Source of the DNA: Octopus bimaculoides
Lineage: Eukaryota
Length of the DNA: 53,639 bases
Direction of reading: 5' to 3'
Assembly: GCF_001194135.2 (NCBI RefSeq)
Contig: NC_068982.1
Coordinates: 51,272,544 to 51,326,182, forward strand
The position numbers were made by a program, and so were the translations under genes. The notes beneath the pieces are model-generated. The model had not been told where the DNA came from. It was given only the letters and a program-made list of their open reading frames with translations, and did not search any database. Shown piece by piece: positions 49,960-53,639 of the stretch. The number at the start of each line of letters is the position of its first letter. The stretch's first letter is position 1.

Positions 49960-50410
49960 TAAGGTTTTTAACCATGCTAAGTAACTGGTTGGCAGAGAGC
50001 AAGCAGCTTTCCTGTGTCTTTGCAGATATAAATTAGTCTCTCCTCAGTAAATAAAACTTGTATGACATATCTTTGTGCATCACATTTCTGATAATCAGCT
50101 CCAACACCTGAAGTTCTTTGACAATGACTGTTATTGACTTTCTAGGGATCATCATCAATAATGTTTTGAAGCAGTTGGATGAATTCAAGTGTCCTTGTAG
50201 TGTCTAAACATTTAGAATGTTCTTGTTCTCTTTCATACAGTTGAAACATTCACACCAGAGGCTTCCAGTTTCATATGAACTTTGTGTACTAAAGATCTTA
50301 CTACATTTAGAAAGTTGGCCATTTCTAACTTGTTCTGTTCTGCACATATGGCAAAAATGATTTCATGTCTTATCATTTCTTGTGTTACCATTTCATCTGC
50401 TATGGAGGAT
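49960..50410 (-). mobile_element. maT/DD37D-like Tc1-mariner transposase N-terminal relic
   Basis: Minus strand gives MVTQEMIRHEIIFAICAEQNKLEMANFLNVVRSLVHKV and TRTLEFIQLLQNIIDDDP*KSITVIVKELQV...DMSYKFYLL, an HTH-type transposase N-terminus with stops. Subfamily assignment is from memory. Confidence 0.6.
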
Positions 50411-50513
50411 CTAAAAGAAATAAAAATCTTTTGATGGGTTTTAAGAAAATAAGGTACTAATAATTAAGTATCCTCAAATATTCTTCATACCTGTTTATAT
50501 AAATATATGTGTG

Positions 50514-50655
50514 TGTACATTATTTATATTCGACGGATATTTGTCCTCATCTTGTTTGTTGTTAACACATTTCGACTGATATACCCTCCAGCCTTCTTCA
50601 GGTGTCTTGAGGAAATTTCAAACCTGGATTCTCATTCCTAAGATATTTTTTGATA

Positions 50656-50698
<43 letters not shown>

Positions 50699-50866
50699 TA
50701 TTATTATTATTATTGTTATTGTTATTATTCAGGTCACTGCTTGGAATCAAACTCGGAATCTTGGGGTTAGTAGCCCATGCTCTCAGCCACTACGCTGTAT
50801 GCCCATGGGCATATGATGTAGTGGTTAAGATGAGGACAAATATCCGTCGAATGTAAATAATGTACA
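50514..50866 (-). mobile_element. Composite short element: tRNA-like head, (AAT)n and Penelope-type hammerhead-like tail, with inverted partial second copy
   Basis: On the minus strand: head 50804-50730 with A/B-box-like motifs, (AAT)n 50729-50657, then gacac-CTGAAGA-a-ggctg...cagtc-GAAA-t-gtgtt at 50607-50564. A 40-bp inverted repeat lies at 50514-50553 / 50827-50866. Confidence 0.65.
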
Positions 50867-51026
50867 TAATTCCTCATCTCTTAAATATAGAATTATATGT
50901 GTGTGTGTGTATATCTGTCATTATTCAGTTTTATTCAAAGATTTCTTGCCAATAGAGAAAGGGCCATTTTCTAACCTAGATCCAAGGCTCCTTCATTGTA
51001 ATTTCAACAACTTGTATGTATGTATG

Positions 51027-51065
<39 letters not shown>

Positions 51066-51780
51066 GCATCTATGTATGTATGTATGCATGTCTATGCATG
51101 TAGGCATGCATGCATGCATATATGTATGCATGTGTATGTATACACACAGATGCACATGCAAAAACTCTAGACCAGGTTAGCAAAGACTCACCAACACACT
51201 AGCTCAGAATCTCTGCCTTATTAATCACTACTACAAAAAAGAACTCCTATTCTCTGAACTAATTGCATATCTCATAGATCTAGATCAACCTAGCACACAC
51301 AGTTCTCCTCCTTTCTTCTACTTTGTCTTGTCCTCCTTAACTTTATACTTTTAACTCAAATCCTTCCTTGCCAGGATCGGAAATCTCTTCCTACCCACAT
51401 TTTTTTTTCCTGGCAAGCAGTCACACAGAACATCAAGTGTATCAGTCTCACAAGTCTTAGAAGATCTACAAGGTCATGGACCACTACTCCTCCATTCTGA
51501 GTAAACCATTGAAATAATATATTCAATGTCTAGACTTATTATTTCCCTTGTGAATGGCCTTCACATCACAGGTTTTATAAGCATTTAAGCAATGGGTAAT
51601 TTCTCAAGAATATTACAAACTGTTCTAAATTTAATACCTTCAATAGTCAGATAATTTACAAAACTGTTTTTCTAAATCTCTAAAATAAGGATTAAGCAGC
51701 TGAACCAGAACCCTTATAAAAATATAATAAATTTAAACTGAATAAGTACAACAAATACATACAAACACATGCACATATCT

Positions 51781-51811
<31 letters not shown>

Positions 51812-52282
51812 TATATATATAGATATATATATATATATATGTGTGTGTGTGTACATGTAATATGCATATATCTATATGCATACATTCATACATATATATA
51901 TATATGCATACACACACACACACACACAACATGCATGTATACATATGTGCTATAATTTATATTTGCAGCAAGCAACTCTAAATGTTCGCAAATGATAAGT
52001 AGAAAACATGTAAGTATACATGTCAAGTTCAACATCTAAATTTGTATCAATTTACAAATACATTTCATAATTAGCATTTGAAATGGGAGCAACAAAGAAT
52101 ACATGTAATATCAATGATTGCTGGTTACAACGTCCATTTTTAATGATTACTAAATATGAATTGTAATTATAAATTTTCTATCTAAAATGAGAACTATTTT
52201 AAGTGCAAAATAATAAATTTTAAGCTACAGCAAATTTTTGCAGAAGTTATTAGTGGGAAAAATAAGATAGAATTATCATCTA

Positions 52283-52436
52283 TAGGAGCAGGAGTGGTAA
52301 AAAACTTGCTTCTCAACCACATAGTTCTGGGTTCAGTCCCACTGCATGGCACCTTGGGCAAGTGTCTTCTACTATAGCCTCAGCCAACCAAAGCCTTGTG
52401 AGTGGATTTGGTAGACAGAAACTGAAAGAAGCCCAT

Positions 52437-52493
<57 letters not shown>

Positions 52494-52704
52494 TTGTGTG
52501 TCTGTGGTTGTCCCCCCACCATTGCTTGACAACTGATGTTAGTGTGTTTATGTCCTCGTAATGTAACAGTTTGGCATAAGAGACCAATAGAATAAGTACT
52601 AGGCTTACAAAGAATAAGTCCTTGGGTCAATTCATTCGATTAAAGGCAGTGCTCCAGCATGGCCACAGTCAAATGACTGAAACAAGTAAAAGAATAAAAG
52701 AATA
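52283..52704 (+). mobile_element. tRNA-derived SINE, family A
   Basis: Colinear with 13216-13605, including the central (TA)n. Has a small deletion in the head. Confidence 0.85.
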
Positions 52705-53094
52705 TCAAGGTATAAAATTAACAAATGCAGATTTTCTAAACATCTGGAAAATGTTCAAATTATTCATTTTTATACTTGTAGAAAAAGCTTTCATTAAAAT
52801 TATTAAATATGTAGAGAGTGTTGTCAAGTTGAACAAAATTTACATCGGAAACAGCTGCTGCTGATCACAAATCTAGAAAGAAGAAGAGAACAGAGTTATA
52901 TAGAAGTATTTATATCTTTATCTTCTCTGGCTCCCTTTGCCATTGGTCTTCAAGCTTCAGCTGTGCCACCACCTTGCAGTCACCAAAGAAGCACGAAGGT
53001 AAATGATTGTCTCCCTTCAGTCTTGGCTCTAGCGTTGCCTTGCAGAATCCAAAAAGCCAGCAGGAATTTTCTAAAATCCAAGTATGGCTCAAAA

Positions 53095-53300
53095 ATCTGT
53101 CCTGGAGTTCAGGATGTTCTCTGACATGATCAAGTCTTTTAGGATTCTCGTGCATTTGGTAATGCATAACTTGCAATGTTTCGTTCCATTGATGTTAGGG
53201 GCCTGGGTTCTCGGGTATTTTCTATGCGATCAAGTATGGTATCCCTTCGTCCCTTAATTGCCAGATATGTCTGGCCAGCGATTGGAAAGATGCTGTTTGA
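53095..53300 (-). mobile_element. Penelope-like GIY-YIG endonuclease C-terminal relic
   Basis: SLARHIWQLRDEGIPYLIA*KI, a frameshift, then PNINGTKHCKLCITK...ENILNSR. This matches the HIWxLK...CxLC...LNxR pattern of PLE endonucleases as I recall it. Confidence 0.65.
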
Positions 53301-53339
53301 GAGAATTCTCAGTGCATCCCATGTATTTCTGTGGGCGTG

Positions 53340-53545
53340 TGATGTCAGTGCACTTGCTGTCGTTGTAGGTACTGCTGGCACTGCTGCTGGTGTTGTTGTT
53401 GTTGATGAGGTTGAGGCTGCTGGTGTTGCTGGAGGTGGGGTCGCTGGTGCTGGTGATGGTGAAGGAGGTGGTGGTGGCAACAGTAGTGCTATTGTCACTG
53501 CCGGTTATGGAGAATCACTGTTGGTGTTAATAATGCTGCTGCTGC

Positions 53546-53547
<2 letters not shown>
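53340..53547. repeat. Degenerate (GYT/GGT)n trinucleotide low-complexity tract
   Basis: Directly visible. It produces the Pro/Ala/Thr-rich ORF 53139 and the Gly/Ala/Val-rich ORF 53176. Confidence 0.8.
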
Positions 53548-53581
<34 letters not shown>

Positions 53582-53639
53582 TATATCATCATCATCATCA
53601 TCATCATCGTTTAACGTCCGCCTTCCATGCTAGCATGGG

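Noticed and set aside
51180-51520. Possible Penelope RT remnant
   Set aside because: There is only a faint resemblance to the GRPIVS region, too degenerate to support.
53139-53574. Pro/Thr-rich and Gly/Ala-rich overlapping ORFs as host genes (mucin or structural protein)
   Set aside because: They are explained by a trinucleotide tract plus an off-frame PLE relic, with no splice signals or signal peptide.

Overview
AT-rich, microsatellite-dense eukaryotic genomic DNA with many assembly gaps. The SINE, RTE-tail and MITE families look like those of Octopus (coleoid cephalopod) genomes; this is pattern recognition from memory, not a database result. The only host gene I can support is the 3' part of a collagen on the + strand. 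It has seven phase-0 GT-AG exons (1713-15443) encoding Gly-X-Y repeats and ending in [22 protein letters not shown], the C-terminal signature of MACIT transmembrane collagens (vertebrate XIII/XXIII/XXV, C. elegans COL-99). None of these exons is in the ORF track. Just after the signature lies an in-frame second copy of the motif (candidate 46-nt cassette exon). A candidate terminal exon at 19641 reads either as a Ser/Thr stalk with a GPI-like tail or as a short stop-terminated tail, depending on frame. The rest is intron/intergenic DNA holding relics of RTE, HERO-like (REL), Tx1, Gypsy, Penelope, mariner/Tc1/maT and Helentron-like elements, three SINE families and several MITEs. Unusual TE architectures include a TTAA-flanked MITE with the same SINE inserted symmetrically in both TIRs, a tRNA-headed element with a Penelope-type hammerhead tail, and four tandem tRNA-Trp primer-binding sites. 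Most ORFs in the supplied track are microsatellite or N-gap artefacts.
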